Part shown: positions 20,007-29,916 of the stretch, in pieces
Numbering within the stretch: the stretch's first letter is position 1
Layout: each line of letters starts with the position of its first letter
DNA from: a virus
Taxonomy: Duplodnaviria; Caudoviricetes
Virus record (IMG/VR): IMGVR_UViG_2595698834_000001
Coordinates: 85,845-149,844 of that record
Direction: 5' to 3' (one strand)
DNA: 64,000 nucleotides
Translations under genes and position numbers: made by a program
The notes under the pieces: generated by a model
The model's database searches: none
Seen by the model: the letters and a program-made list of their open reading frames with translations, nothing else
What the model was told of the DNA's origin: nothing

Positions 20007-20615
20007 TTAGTTCTGGACTGTAACATTTACTGTTTTACGTCCGAATTGCAATGCGTCTGATCTGTTTGGCATGAAGATGTCAATGCGGTTTCCTTTAATT
20101 GCTCCGCCTGTATCTGCTGCGATGGCTTGTCCGTACCCTTCAACGTATACTGTAGAGCCAAGTGGAATTACATTAGGGTCTACGGCAATGACTTTTTGGT
20201 TAGGGTTAGATCGTAAATCGACTCCTGTAGCTGTGATCCCTGAGCATCCGTAGCAGTAAGCTGTATATGCTGTAGCAACTACCTGTAGGCTTCTTCCATT
20301 AACAGCTTGCTTTCTTTCTGCGACGGGCTTGCTTTCTACAACAGGTGAAGATTTTTTAGCAGTCTTATAGGAAACGGCACTAGATTCTCCTCGTAGTTTA
20401 CTTAGTAATTTGATGTTTTGTTGTTCAGAACCTCTGTATTCAGAAATACCGATCGTGTCTGCAAGCTTTGTTCTGTTATCAAAGCTCGCATCTTTTCCTT
20501 GTGCGGCTAGATAGTCAACCACGCTGTTTCTGTCGTAAGCTGACGCAGCGCCTGTGCTTGAGAATAATGCACCTACTGTTACTGCACAAGTAATGAGTAC
20601 CTTCTTCAAATTCAT
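20007..20615 (-). CDS. Secreted 3D-domain (YocH/MltA-like) cell wall protein
   Basis: Signal peptide ending ASA; ATAY...TATG...IAVDPNVIPLGSTVYVEGYGQAIAADTGGAIKGNRIDIF 3D motif. Confidence 0.9.
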   Translation of the reverse strand: MNLKKVLITCAVTVGALFSSTGAASAYDRNSVVDYLAAQGKDASFDNRTKLADTIGISEYRGSEQQNIKLLSKLRGESSAVSYKTAKKSSPVVESKPVAERKQAVNGRSLQVVATAYTAYCYGCSGITATGVDLRSNPNQKVIAVDPNVIPLGSTVYVEGYGQAIAADTGGAIKGNRIDIFMPNRSDALQFGRKTVNVTVQN

Positions 20616-20839
20616 TGTGTTGCCCCTCTCTAGGTTTTGTACATTATTTTGTACTTACTATAATGTAACACATATCATGACTGTAATCTACAAATTAGAG
20701 CGATTGTAACATAACTGTAACATAGAGAGTAGTAAAAAAGACCCGTTAGGGTCTTTAATTAGAGCAATGTTAGTTCAGTCGACTCTCGCATCAAGGAACG
20801 AACCCCTCTACAGTCAAAAGATACTTATCAGTTGTTTAC

Positions 20840-21202
20840 TTACAAGCAGCTATACTCATCGAAAAGCGTTAAAATTTCTCCTAGTATTTTGGCTTTTTCC
20901 CTGTCATGTCCATATGCATCTTCCATACATCTTTCAATAATATGTTTTTCACTCACTTCTGTCGTAAATCTTCCTGTTATCGCTGCCGTGATAAGATCGC
21001 TAAGCTCTATATCCCCTAAATGGCGATATACCGTACCCTCTTCCTTATGCGGAACCTCATTATTCCAACATTCCCACTTTTCCATAACAATTTTAGTTAA
21101 CTCGAATTGATCGTAACGTTCTCTGATCGCAAGCAAAGCTGCCTCCTGAGATAGGGTGACGACAAGTCGTCCTTCATTAAACATTCTTGGGCTTTTAATC
21201 AT
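20840..21202 (-). CDS. Hypothetical protein
   Basis: 120 aa with AGGAGG RBS; own terminator at 20735-20756. Confidence 0.65.
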   Translation of the reverse strand: MIKSPRMFNEGRLVVTLSQEAALLAIRERYDQFELTKIVMEKWECWNNEVPHKEEGTVYRHLGDIELSDLITAAITGRFTTEVSEKHIIERCMEDAYGHDREKAKILGEILTLFDEYSCL

Positions 21203-21342
21203 GTTATTTCCTCCTACTAACTATTTTATACTCTGTATGTTACAGTCTTTTCCTGTTTAATTCAACTACATTTTGTATAAAACTTTTAAAAACAATAAAA
21301 AAAGAGACCTTAAAGGTCTCTTAATCGTTGGTATATCAATAG

Positions 21343-21768
21343 TTAGCTTCTTACATTCGCAGATGTTAAAAAATAAAATCTAGCGCTCTCACTGCTAATC
21401 TCTCCAACACTTGTAGTTTCGTTGTATGTATCAATAGAGCACCCACGGTATGCAATGATAACTTCTTTTGTATAGTTATCGAACAGTACGATGTCCATGA
21501 TGTCCATTTGAAGTACTTCTTCTCCAAGAGCAGCTAAACCAAGTTTAGCTAAGTTTTCTTTCTTCATTCGGAAACGCTCTACGGTTACAGAGCCTTCATA
21601 GCGAAGATATACGTGCTCTTGCGGCATGATAGAACCGATTTGATATACCCCAGTAGTTCCGAAAGAACGTTCAGCTGAGATAGACTGTGCCCGTGCGATG
21701 GGAACGTTTTTAATCATGAAGTACACTGTATTACCAGTTTGTACGGATTGGTTAGTAACACTTGCCAC
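21343..21768 (-). CDS. Tail tube protein
   Basis: MASVTNQSVQTGNTVYFMIKNVPIARAQSISAERSFGTTGVYQIGSIMPQEHVYL, the conserved Herelleviridae tube; follows the sheath. Confidence 0.9.
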   Translation of the reverse strand: MASVTNQSVQTGNTVYFMIKNVPIARAQSISAERSFGTTGVYQIGSIMPQEHVYLRYEGSVTVERFRMKKENLAKLGLAALGEEVLQMDIMDIVLFDNYTKEVIIAYRGCSIDTYNETTSVGEISSESARFYFLTSANVRS

Positions 21769-21819
21769 AGGTTTTCACTCCTATTCTATTAGTTTAGGGG
21801 AGACTTGCTCCCCCGTTCG

Positions 21820-23532
21820 TTAAGCAGTTAGTTCGTTATCCTCATAAGTCATGTAAACGTTGATAAAGTCAAGACCTTGAGAAGGTTGAACTGTTAAGTT
21901 AATACGGGCTGTGTTGCCGCTGATAACAACCTGAACATCGTCCGGGTTATAATCAACGATAAGTCCGCCAACGTTCTTTTGCAGATCAAGGAATGATTCA
22001 ACTCTGTTCTTAATGATAGATGCAGAAGTTTGTCTAATACGGGTACCGACAAACTCAGTGTCAAGAACTTCTCGTAGTTCAGTTGTTAAGAAGTCTGAAA
22101 TCTCTCCGAGAGAGATACGATTCTGAACAGGCTCAGTGCTTACGTTGTAAGTAGTTGGATCACTTACAATACGGAAGTGAGAAGATGCACGAGTTCTTAC
22201 AAATTCGAACATGATGACTCCAGAGCTGTTAAGCTGGTCAAGTTGGTCTCCTGTGAACTTGCGGTCGAGAGACTCGATGTTCAAACGTTTGTATGTAAGT
22301 GGCTCCCCTACGTCAAGTCCACTAGCGATACCAGCTACCATAGCGGCGGTCATGTAGCCCGGAATGTTGTAGATACGTCCATCAGACATTCTGCGAGATC
22401 CTGACGCCCCTACAAGCCCTACACGAGCGTTACGGAGGTTCATTTGACGACCTCTTAAGGATTCAAGAGACTCATTGATTCCTGCCCCTACAAAGCCTCT
22501 GAGGTGTGCTCCGTTGTTTGACTCGTCACGTAAGAACTGAGAAAGCTCTCCGTGTACTGCCGCATCTGAAGTCAATGGGACGATGTAGTAAGCGCCCATA
22601 TCAGCTACTTTAGCAAACAAGCTAGCCCATGATGCAGGAGCTGGTTCTGTTTTAGCGCCTGAAAGGTTTGTAAGTGCGATTGTTGCAGGAACCGCTTGAA
22701 GACGGTTAACTTCGACTTCTATGTATGAGTCACTTTCAATTTGGTTTTGTAAGTCAGCACCAATAGCTTTAATTACAGCGTCTTTTCCTTTAACGTCTGT
22801 TGCATCAAGAGCGTCTAGGTAGTCAGTGAAGATGTTCTTGTTTCCACCTAGGGAGTTCATGCTTGCTTTGAAGTCAGGCAAGTTGTTAATGTCGTTTACA
22901 AGTACGTGAACGTCTTGGTAGACACCTTGTCCTAATTCATAGGTACGAACAGCTGTTAAAGATTCAGCATCGGCACCTACGCTTAGGATTAAGCGAGTAG
23001 CCATCTTAGAAGTTGAATCAACTTCAACCTTTACGGAAGCTGCTGCTTCTTCTCCAGTGTACTGGACGCTGAAGATGTTTCCAATGTTGTCGTATACTTT
23101 CTCATAGCGTTCTTTTGTGAAGTAGATGCTTAAACGCTTAGAGTTTGTAATAGTGTTATCAGCAAGTTCTAGTTGAATAGAGTTTGCGTCTACTCCGTAA
23201 AGTTTAGACTTAAAAGTAAGTCCGCCTTGTGATAAAGTAGCTTGTGTTGCTTCATCTGTACGAATAGCAACAATTTTACCTGCGCCTGCTACGTTTGGAG
23301 ATGGGTTCCAAGCTAACTCAATAGCATCTAGTAACTCTCCACCACGGAAAATGTCACGAGCTTGAGCATAGTTTGTGATCGTAACTGGCGTGTGTGGTTT
23401 TCCACCATTAGCGGAACCAACTAAAATAAGTGATTTTTCAGATGTTGGGTTAGCAGCACCTAATGAACTTGAATCAAGGAAAATCTCAGTTCTTGGGCGG
23501 ACTCTGCTGTGACCATATGATTGTTCTGCCAT
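21820..23532 (-). CDS. Contractile tail sheath protein
   Basis: 570 aa; IFRGGELLDAIELAWNP and SLGEISDFLTTELR...FVGTR motifs. Confidence 0.92.
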   Translation of the reverse strand: MAEQSYGHSRVRPRTEIFLDSSSLGAANPTSEKSLILVGSANGGKPHTPVTITNYAQARDIFRGGELLDAIELAWNPSPNVAGAGKIVAIRTDEATQATLSQGGLTFKSKLYGVDANSIQLELADNTITNSKRLSIYFTKERYEKVYDNIGNIFSVQYTGEEAAASVKVEVDSTSKMATRLILSVGADAESLTAVRTYELGQGVYQDVHVLVNDINNLPDFKASMNSLGGNKNIFTDYLDALDATDVKGKDAVIKAIGADLQNQIESDSYIEVEVNRLQAVPATIALTNLSGAKTEPAPASWASLFAKVADMGAYYIVPLTSDAAVHGELSQFLRDESNNGAHLRGFVGAGINESLESLRGRQMNLRNARVGLVGASGSRRMSDGRIYNIPGYMTAAMVAGIASGLDVGEPLTYKRLNIESLDRKFTGDQLDQLNSSGVIMFEFVRTRASSHFRIVSDPTTYNVSTEPVQNRISLGEISDFLTTELREVLDTEFVGTRIRQTSASIIKNRVESFLDLQKNVGGLIVDYNPDDVQVVISGNTARINLTVQPSQGLDFINVYMTYEDNELTA

Positions 23533-23559
23533 TATCTATATCTCCCTTTCTACTTTGTA

Positions 23560-23820
23560 TTAGTCTTCAATTTTGAAGTGCTTCTTTAGTTCTTCCAAAA
23601 ATACCTTCTCGTCATGCTGGTAATGACGACCTCGCATTTTCGCTTTAAACCCTGCTACCTCTACCGAGGACAATTCATAAAGATGTTGTGCGGTTTGTAA
23701 GAAAGTATTGATATGGATATATGATCTAGGCTTTGGGTAAACAGCCTTTTTCACTTCTTTGACTTCTTTGACTTCTTTTTTAACTTCTTCAGAACGCTTA
23801 GTGTTCTTATTCTCAGCCAT
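23560..23820 (-). CDS. Hypothetical virion-region protein
   Basis: 86 aa coupled ORF with short KEV repeats. Confidence 0.6.
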   Translation of the reverse strand: MAENKNTKRSEEVKKEVKEVKEVKKAVYPKPRSYIHINTFLQTAQHLYELSSVEVAGFKAKMRGRHYQHDEKVFLEELKKHFKIED

Positions 23821-24679
23821 CTGCTCTCTCCTCCTGTTCGTTATTTAAATGGACAGTTACCTTAATGTGCTCTAGTATAGCGTCAGTGATAGGGGAGTCT
23901 AAGCTGTAGGATGATGTATAAGATACAATAGTCTCTCTCCCATAAAGGATTTCAGGTTTTACATCTGTGTTGACGGGTATCTCTTCTGTCTGACCAAACT
24001 GAAGCTTTTGAAGTTGAAAGTTATTGCTCTCTTCTGCATTACTACGCATTAAGATCATAATTGCCTTGATAATAAGATCGAGGCATCTTACAGTGTCCAT
24101 GTTTGTAGATATCGCAAGGATAGAATACTGTTCAGTGGCAGTAAATCCTCGCTTGAACCCTGCTTCTTCATCGCCTTTGACTTCATAGTGTACTGTAACA
24201 TCCATCCCTATAAGTTCTTCGTCGTATGTGAAGTATATACGGTTACCTTTAGTGGTTACATTATCCGACGTAGCAAAGGTTATTTCAGCTACGTTTATCA
24301 ATAAACCAATTTCCTTTTCTACTTCGATGAATAACTTTGAGTTGTCTGCTGATGCTTGAATGGTAGACGTCTCGGTTACTGTGCCTTCTTCTTTAAACAG
24401 ATAGTCACCTTCGAGGTTGCCAATGCTACTTTTACTCTCTACGCCTTCTCGAAGACCTATGTAAATAGCTCCCTTTTGGGTATGCCTATCTTGAGGCATA
24501 GCGTACACTATAGGTATTTCATTTACGGTGTCTGCACCTGCGTAAGCATTTATAAAGTTAGCGGCGATGCTAGGTTTAACACCTTTTAATATTTCCTCTA
24601 TAATATAACGGTTCTCAAGAATTATTTTGAGTTTACTCTCTATTTCGTTATGTAGATAAGTGTCCACACTTACTATCAC
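23813..24679 (-). CDS. Neck / tail terminator-like structural protein
   Basis: 288 aa; conserved position upstream of the sheath. Confidence 0.6.
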   Translation of the reverse strand: MIVSVDTYLHNEIESKLKIILENRYIIEEILKGVKPSIAANFINAYAGADTVNEIPIVYAMPQDRHTQKGAIYIGLREGVESKSSIGNLEGDYLFKEEGTVTETSTIQASADNSKLFIEVEKEIGLLINVAEITFATSDNVTTKGNRIYFTYDEELIGMDVTVHYEVKGDEEAGFKRGFTATEQYSILAISTNMDTVRCLDLIIKAIMILMRSNAEESNNFQLQKLQFGQTEEIPVNTDVKPEILYGRETIVSYTSSYSLDSPITDAILEHIKVTVHLNNEQEERADG

Positions 24680-24691
24680 GAGTATAACCTC

Positions 24692-25333
24692 CTACTTCCA
24701 ACCGTTCTTCATCTTCCACTTCATAAGTCGGTTGACGTTGCTGACAAATGTTTTAGAAGTGTCGTCAGAGTTAACCCGGTCTCTATTAATTATCCAGCTG
24801 CTTGCTGGTGATTTATCAGATACCGTCCGGAATGCGACGTATGTATGTCGATTCGTTCTCGTTTTGATCTTAGTAATGTTGTTTGATTTTGGCTGGTAGT
24901 TGAGCATACTTGCTCCGGATTGCTGTCTACGGTCATATAGATAGCTTGAGACAACTGTTTTTTGCTCACTAGGGGATATGTCAAAGGAGTTTAGCTGTTT
25001 ATACATCCTACTTGACATACCACGTCTCTTACGTCTTATAGGGACTCGTAGGTACCAACCTCCGCCTTTCTTCATCTTCTTGTGAGAACTTCGAGCAAAA
25101 TACTGCTTAAGGTCGATGACTCCTAACTTGTCTAATCGCTTCTCGGTTACTTGCAAATACTTAGGTTTCCTAGTAATCTCTACTTTGGTACCTCTAGTAT
25201 TTTGCTGGGACAGAGATGCGGCTTCTGCTCCTGCATCTATCGTCTTCTGAATAAGGGCATTCCCTAAGTTCTGCATCGCTGTCTTAGGTGCTTGCGGGTT
25301 TTTAAATAACCTTGGTCTACGGTTTCTGGTCAA
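24692..25333 (-). CDS. Basic head-tail/neck protein
   Basis: Start re-assigned to TTG 25333 after GGAGGT; GGGWYLRVPIRR and FRTVSDKSPASSWI motifs. Confidence 0.6.
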   Translation of the reverse strand: MTRNRRPRLFKNPQAPKTAMQNLGNALIQKTIDAGAEAASLSQQNTRGTKVEITRKPKYLQVTEKRLDKLGVIDLKQYFARSSHKKMKKGGGWYLRVPIRRKRRGMSSRMYKQLNSFDISPSEQKTVVSSYLYDRRQQSGASMLNYQPKSNNITKIKTRTNRHTYVAFRTVSDKSPASSWIINRDRVNSDDTSKTFVSNVNRLMKWKMKNGWK

Positions 25334-26162
25334 AACGATTACCTCCGCCTCTAAAGAAACCATTAAGTCCGTCAGTAGAAGGTTTACGTTTAGGATCAAT
25401 CATCTCTTGTACCTCTGTATTGCTGGCTCCTACTTCAAAGGCTTCTTTATCAATAAATATGTCTTCTCTCTTAAGAAGAAGTTTCTGCTGCATTCTCACA
25501 GCTTTCTCCGTTGGGGTAGGTGCATACCTATGTTCTTTTAGAAGATCGGCTACCATATATCTTAAAGTTGTCATAATATTTATAGAAATTACTTGCCCTA
25601 ACAACTCAGGTTTTGGGAAGAATAAATTGTTTTTCAGGTCAACTGTGTAGTCTTCACCTTCATAGAGCTCACCTTTTACAGACACGGCTAGTGTTATTTC
25701 CTTGACATCGTATACCATGAAAAATCCATTTTTGATACGTCTCTCAGAAACATCAAAGATAAAGGACTGAGAAATGCTGGTGTGCGGTAGAGTGATTCGG
25801 TCTCTAAACGATATGGTTAGGTTCCTATCCTGCGGGGTGCCAATAGCAGTTCCGGAGTCTAGGATGCCGAGATCGCCGTTAAATACACCTTTCTCTTGTG
25901 ACTGGATCATCAGCTCTATGGAGGCAGGAGTTAGGTATGCTATTCCTCTTCCTTTGCATATTGGACATGATTGATTGGGTTGCCTAGTACTACGATCTCT
26001 ACAAGGACACAAATAAGATCTTTCCCAAAGAGCAGGCATACTAACGTTAGATGTTGCAGCATCGAACATATCAGGTCTAATGTTAGCCATAGACATGCTG
26101 CCGTTTATGGCTGGTCGTTCAGTAGGTGGAGGACTACCTAGTATTGACGGTTTCTCTGCCAT
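25317..26162 (-). CDS. Head completion / neck protein with Zn-binding Cys motif
   Basis: LWERSYLCPC...CPICKGRG. Confidence 0.6.
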   Translation of the reverse strand: MAEKPSILGSPPPTERPAINGSMSMANIRPDMFDAATSNVSMPALWERSYLCPCRDRSTRQPNQSCPICKGRGIAYLTPASIELMIQSQEKGVFNGDLGILDSGTAIGTPQDRNLTISFRDRITLPHTSISQSFIFDVSERRIKNGFFMVYDVKEITLAVSVKGELYEGEDYTVDLKNNLFFPKPELLGQVISINIMTTLRYMVADLLKEHRYAPTPTEKAVRMQQKLLLKREDIFIDKEAFEVGASNTEVQEMIDPKRKPSTDGLNGFFRGGGNRFDQKP

Positions 26163-26175
26163 TGTTTACCCTCCT

Positions 26176-27048
26176 TTAGATGAGTCCTACATTTGTTCCG
26201 TAGTAAGACTTCAGTCCTGTATATAGTTTTCCTATGTCTTCATTGAGCTGAACGATATCGGCAGAAGCTCCTCCATACATCGCACTCTGTGTAGTGTCAA
26301 TGCTTTGTGTGATGCCGTCGATACCGATAGACATGTTGGCAATACCTGCACCGATAATAAGCCTACCCCATTGCTCGAATACTTCTTTGAGTGCCAGCTT
26401 AATAATCATGTTCCATAAGTCAGGGTGCATTTCATTAGGTGCTGTTACTCCTCTTCTTGAAGGCGGTAACATACCTCCTACGTACTCTACATGGAACATT
26501 TGAGGGGCAAAGTTTTTCCCGCTTGCAGGTAGTCCGGATAGTACGGGCATGTTTCCCTGATAGGCTTGTGAAAGAGATAATCCGTCGCTTCCTCCGGACA
26601 GCAGTGTGTTCGGCATTATCTGGAGGTGTCCGGGGAGGTTGTAAACTTTCCACCATCGAGTCGGATATCTATACAGCGTCCCTGTTCCGTATTCAAGCGT
26701 GATCTTCTCTACTTGCAGTACTGGTTTATGGAACGTGTGTATGAAAGCGTAGCTGTTGTAATCATTACTATAGAAGTCATGATGCTCTGTAAGAGCTCTA
26801 GGAAGGATTACGATGTCTAGCATCTTTTCAGCTTGCGATACGGCAGCTTCAATTTTTGACTCATAAAAGGCGTCCGGAAGGTATTCACCAGTCCTCGGGT
26901 CAGTTACAGATACACCGAAGTGGTTGAGTTTGACAGCGTCTACTGTAAGTCCGTAGTCGCTCAGTGTATACTTGTCTACATCTTCGATGTTAATGTTCTT
27001 AGGGTTATTGTGTCCGTACGGGGAACCTGCTTCTTCATTTGTAAACAC
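26176..27048 (-). CDS. Head-tail connector/adaptor protein
   Basis: WGRLIIGAGIANMSIGIDGITQSIDTTQSAMYGGASA conserved neck motif. Confidence 0.7.
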   Translation of the reverse strand: MFTNEEAGSPYGHNNPKNINIEDVDKYTLSDYGLTVDAVKLNHFGVSVTDPRTGEYLPDAFYESKIEAAVSQAEKMLDIVILPRALTEHHDFYSNDYNSYAFIHTFHKPVLQVEKITLEYGTGTLYRYPTRWWKVYNLPGHLQIMPNTLLSGGSDGLSLSQAYQGNMPVLSGLPASGKNFAPQMFHVEYVGGMLPPSRRGVTAPNEMHPDLWNMIIKLALKEVFEQWGRLIIGAGIANMSIGIDGITQSIDTTQSAMYGGASADIVQLNEDIGKLYTGLKSYYGTNVGLI

Positions 27049-27071
27049 TATCGTAACCCTCCTTATCTCCC

Positions 27072-27317
27072 TTATTTCTTGTTAGTCTCTTTTTTACTAG
27101 TAGATTTCTTTGTTTTCTTTTCTTCTTTAGGCTCCTCTTTCTTGTCCTCTTTAACATTTTGTGTCTTTTCTTCAACTACAATATATCCTGCTAATCCGTC
27201 AAAAGCTTTCTCTTGTTCCACCTTTAGGTCGTTGCATTCTCCTTTTTCGTTAAATGAAAGTTCTCCGAATGAAGAAGCTACCTTTAAACCTGCCAGTCTA
27301 CTGTTAATTAATGTCAT
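27072..27317 (-). CDS. Small capsid-adjacent protein
   Basis: 81 aa with Lys-rich tail and RBS. Confidence 0.6.
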   Translation of the reverse strand: MTLINSRLAGLKVASSFGELSFNEKGECNDLKVEQEKAFDGLAGYIVVEEKTQNVKEDKKEEPKEEKKTKKSTSKKETNKK

Positions 27318-27339
27318 AGTTTTCCTCTCCTTTTAAATA

Positions 27340-27369
27340 AAAAGGGAGCAGATTTTCTGTCTGCTCCCT
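27340..27369 (-). terminator. Terminator after the major capsid gene
   Basis: GGGAGCAGA...TCTGCTCCC hairpin plus T-run. Confidence 0.75.
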
Positions 27370-27398
27370 ATGAATTTTTCTATTTAGTTATTTTCTGC

Positions 27399-28823
27399 TT
27401 ATTGCGTGATTGAAGTCTCAGCCGCTAGTGCAGGAATGTAACGAACGTTCTTGATACGAACCCATTTCTTAGGAGCGTAAAGTGCAAGAGCTCCGTACCA
27501 TAACACAGTGAACGTGTTTGTAGCGTTCATTTGTGCAAGAGGTAACTTCATCATTGGAAGCAGTTGAAGTAAGCTGATAACGTTCGGGCTCATCTCGCCA
27601 ATGAATACGTCAGTTGTTTCAGGAATAACTTCGTTTGTATCAGTGAAGACGATTTGGTTGCTTTCGTTCACTTTAGAATATGGTACACGAGCGATTTGGA
27701 AGTAGTGACCAGTCTCTGCACCTTGACGGTAGATTGTAACAAATTGAGGAGCTGCTTGGTACATTGGTTGTAGTGTAATCTTAAGCTCTACTGCGTCTGT
27801 GTTGTTTGTAATTGTAGCTGCTACTGCTTCTGAAGATGGTGACTCTGCGCTTTCAGCGTTAACAACAACTTTGTAAGACAAGACGTTCTCTTTGTCTTTG
27901 TTGAATTTACCTTTAGCATTTGTTTTAACAGTTGCTGCCACTGCTTGAGCTGGAAGTGGAGCGTTTTGCTCAGGCATACGATTTTCGATAAGAACGTTGT
28001 CGTTCTCCATGATTGTAGAACCATGTAAGCGGATGTTTCCACGGCTTGACATAAACTCAGTTACTGCGAAACCAGTAGACATACCGCCCGCACCTGATGG
28101 CATAAGTGCTCTTTGACGATCTAGTAAGCTGTTAGTGAAGTCAGCTTGTACTCCAATAGGCATGAACGCATCTGTAGCGATTCCGTAACCTTTACCAACA
28201 ACAACTGCTGCTTTGTTAAGAACCTGCTCAGTAAGCCCCTCGCCACGAAGGTCAAGAACGTTAGTTTTTTGATCAATAAGCTTATGTAATCCGTCGAACT
28301 CAAGACCAGCTTGATCGTTTGTTGGGTCATTAGATAGAGAAGCATCTCCGTAGAATGTAGCCCACTCGATAGTCTTAGCAAGAACTGAAACTGCATCCTG
28401 TGTTAAGAAAGTCATTGGATCAGCAACGTTACGAACTAATCCAGCTGCAAGAGATTGTTGTTTAGTATCAGATAAGAATTTCATCTGTACGGTCTTTTGA
28501 CGTAGGCTTGGAGAGTTGATTGGTGCTACTCCTACCTCACGTACGAATCGGCTTGAGCCAGTACGTCCATGTTGGTTAAAGATTGGGTACTGGTATACAG
28601 TACTTGTTACTTGAGATTTGTTCAACATTGGGTAAATCGTAAAGTCATCGTTACCCCAAGTTAGTACGTGTACCTCATCGTCGAGTAGTTCGTATCGTAG
28701 AGCCGCTGCGTCATGTTGATCTTCTGAGTTAATTGCGTAACCAGTCGTGAATGTCTTTAAAAGGAAATCTTCAGCTTCTTTTGGTAAGCTTACTTGTCCT
28801 TTTTGGAATTTTGATTCGCTCAT
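27399..28823 (-). CDS. Major capsid protein
   Basis: K|TFTTGY processing-type site, AAALRYELLD, GLEFDGLHKLID, WYGALALYAPKKWVRIKNV. Confidence 0.95.
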   Translation of the reverse strand: MSESKFQKGQVSLPKEAEDFLLKTFTTGYAINSEDQHDAAALRYELLDDEVHVLTWGNDDFTIYPMLNKSQVTSTVYQYPIFNQHGRTGSSRFVREVGVAPINSPSLRQKTVQMKFLSDTKQQSLAAGLVRNVADPMTFLTQDAVSVLAKTIEWATFYGDASLSNDPTNDQAGLEFDGLHKLIDQKTNVLDLRGEGLTEQVLNKAAVVVGKGYGIATDAFMPIGVQADFTNSLLDRQRALMPSGAGGMSTGFAVTEFMSSRGNIRLHGSTIMENDNVLIENRMPEQNAPLPAQAVAATVKTNAKGKFNKDKENVLSYKVVVNAESAESPSSEAVAATITNNTDAVELKITLQPMYQAAPQFVTIYRQGAETGHYFQIARVPYSKVNESNQIVFTDTNEVIPETTDVFIGEMSPNVISLLQLLPMMKLPLAQMNATNTFTVLWYGALALYAPKKWVRIKNVRYIPALAAETSITQ

Positions 28824-28937
28824 TTATGTATCTTCCCTTCTAATTGTATGTATAATTTTTAGAAAATTCTGATAAAGGAGACTAGAGAATTAGGAGGAAG
28901 GAACTCTCTAGTCAAAACCCTTTAAGGTGTTCTGCTA

Positions 28938-28950
28938 ATAATATAACACT
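28938..28950 (-). promoter_or_regulatory. Late-promoter-like motif TGTTATATTA upstream of the capsid gene
   Basis: Exact TGTTATATTA, matching the late-promoter consensus described for Twort-like phages. Confidence 0.6.
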
Positions 28951-28952
28951 TG

Positions 28953-29912
28953 TTACTGGTTTTTCTGGTCTTTTACGATTTCTTTGAAAACTTCAATGTC
29001 ATGCTGCGTAGGAGTACCTCGTTTTACCCGAGACATTGCTTGGAAAACAGTGTTTCTGTCTCCTGCACTAATAGTCTTAGCGTGCTTATCACAGTAGGCA
29101 ATAACGTCCCCAATATGTTTACTTGGGTCAAAGGCTTCTTCTTTAGGCTCTTCTGCTACTTCTTCTTGAGCTTCTGATTCCGCAGGGTCTTCAGTTGAAA
29201 CTTCAGGTGCACCAGCTGCTCCATCAATAACTGATTTTGTAACATACTCGGCAGCTTTGCCTTCCGGAATCTCTTCTTCGGATTTGACCACGACTTCTTC
29301 CTCACTAGAGAAGGAGATGTTTGTGTCGTTAAAGACAACAGCATCTTTAGGTTGGCTAACAGCTTCAAGAACTGCTTCAAGAGTCTTTTTCATACTCTCT
29401 ACTTCCTTAGCTAGTTCGGAATGGGATGTGTGAACCTTTCCATAGGATTTAACAACAGATTCAAAGACTTGAACGACATCCTCGGTTACTGCGAGTTCAT
29501 AAGCGCTCTTTTTAACAGACTCTTCGTCCTCTTCTTTTGCTTCTTCTTTTTCTTTTGCTTTGTCTTTCTTCTTTGCTTTGTCTTCTTTCTTGTCTTTCTT
29601 TGCAGGTTTGTCTTTTTTCTCTTCTGCTTCTTCGTCTTTCGACTTTTCCACAGTTTCAGCCTCTTCGGATTCTTCAGCAACTGCTTTAGCTTCTTCTGCC
29701 TCTTCCTCTTTAGCCTCTTCGACAACATCGGATTTTTCTTCTTCTTTTACTTCTTCCGCTTTCTCTTGCTCTTTTGCTTCTTCTTTCTCTTCAGCGGCGT
29801 CAGCTTTTTCAACATCTTCTTTAACTTCAGCTTCATCGCTTTTCTCGACTGGCTGTTCTACAGCTTCATCTAACTCTTCAGCGATCTGCTTAAGTGATAA
29901 ATTTTTACCCAT
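28953..29912 (-). CDS. Highly charged scaffold-like protein
   Basis: Glu/Lys-rich 319 aa between protease and capsid; repeated EKS/KKS motifs. Confidence 0.65.
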   Translation of the reverse strand: MGKNLSLKQIAEELDEAVEQPVEKSDEAEVKEDVEKADAAEEKEEAKEQEKAEEVKEEEKSDVVEEAKEEEAEEAKAVAEESEEAETVEKSKDEEAEEKKDKPAKKDKKEDKAKKKDKAKEKEEAKEEDEESVKKSAYELAVTEDVVQVFESVVKSYGKVHTSHSELAKEVESMKKTLEAVLEAVSQPKDAVVFNDTNISFSSEEEVVVKSEEEIPEGKAAEYVTKSVIDGAAGAPEVSTEDPAESEAQEEVAEEPKEEAFDPSKHIGDVIAYCDKHAKTISAGDRNTVFQAMSRVKRGTPTQHDIEVFKEIVKDQKNQ

Positions 29913-29916
29913 TTGT

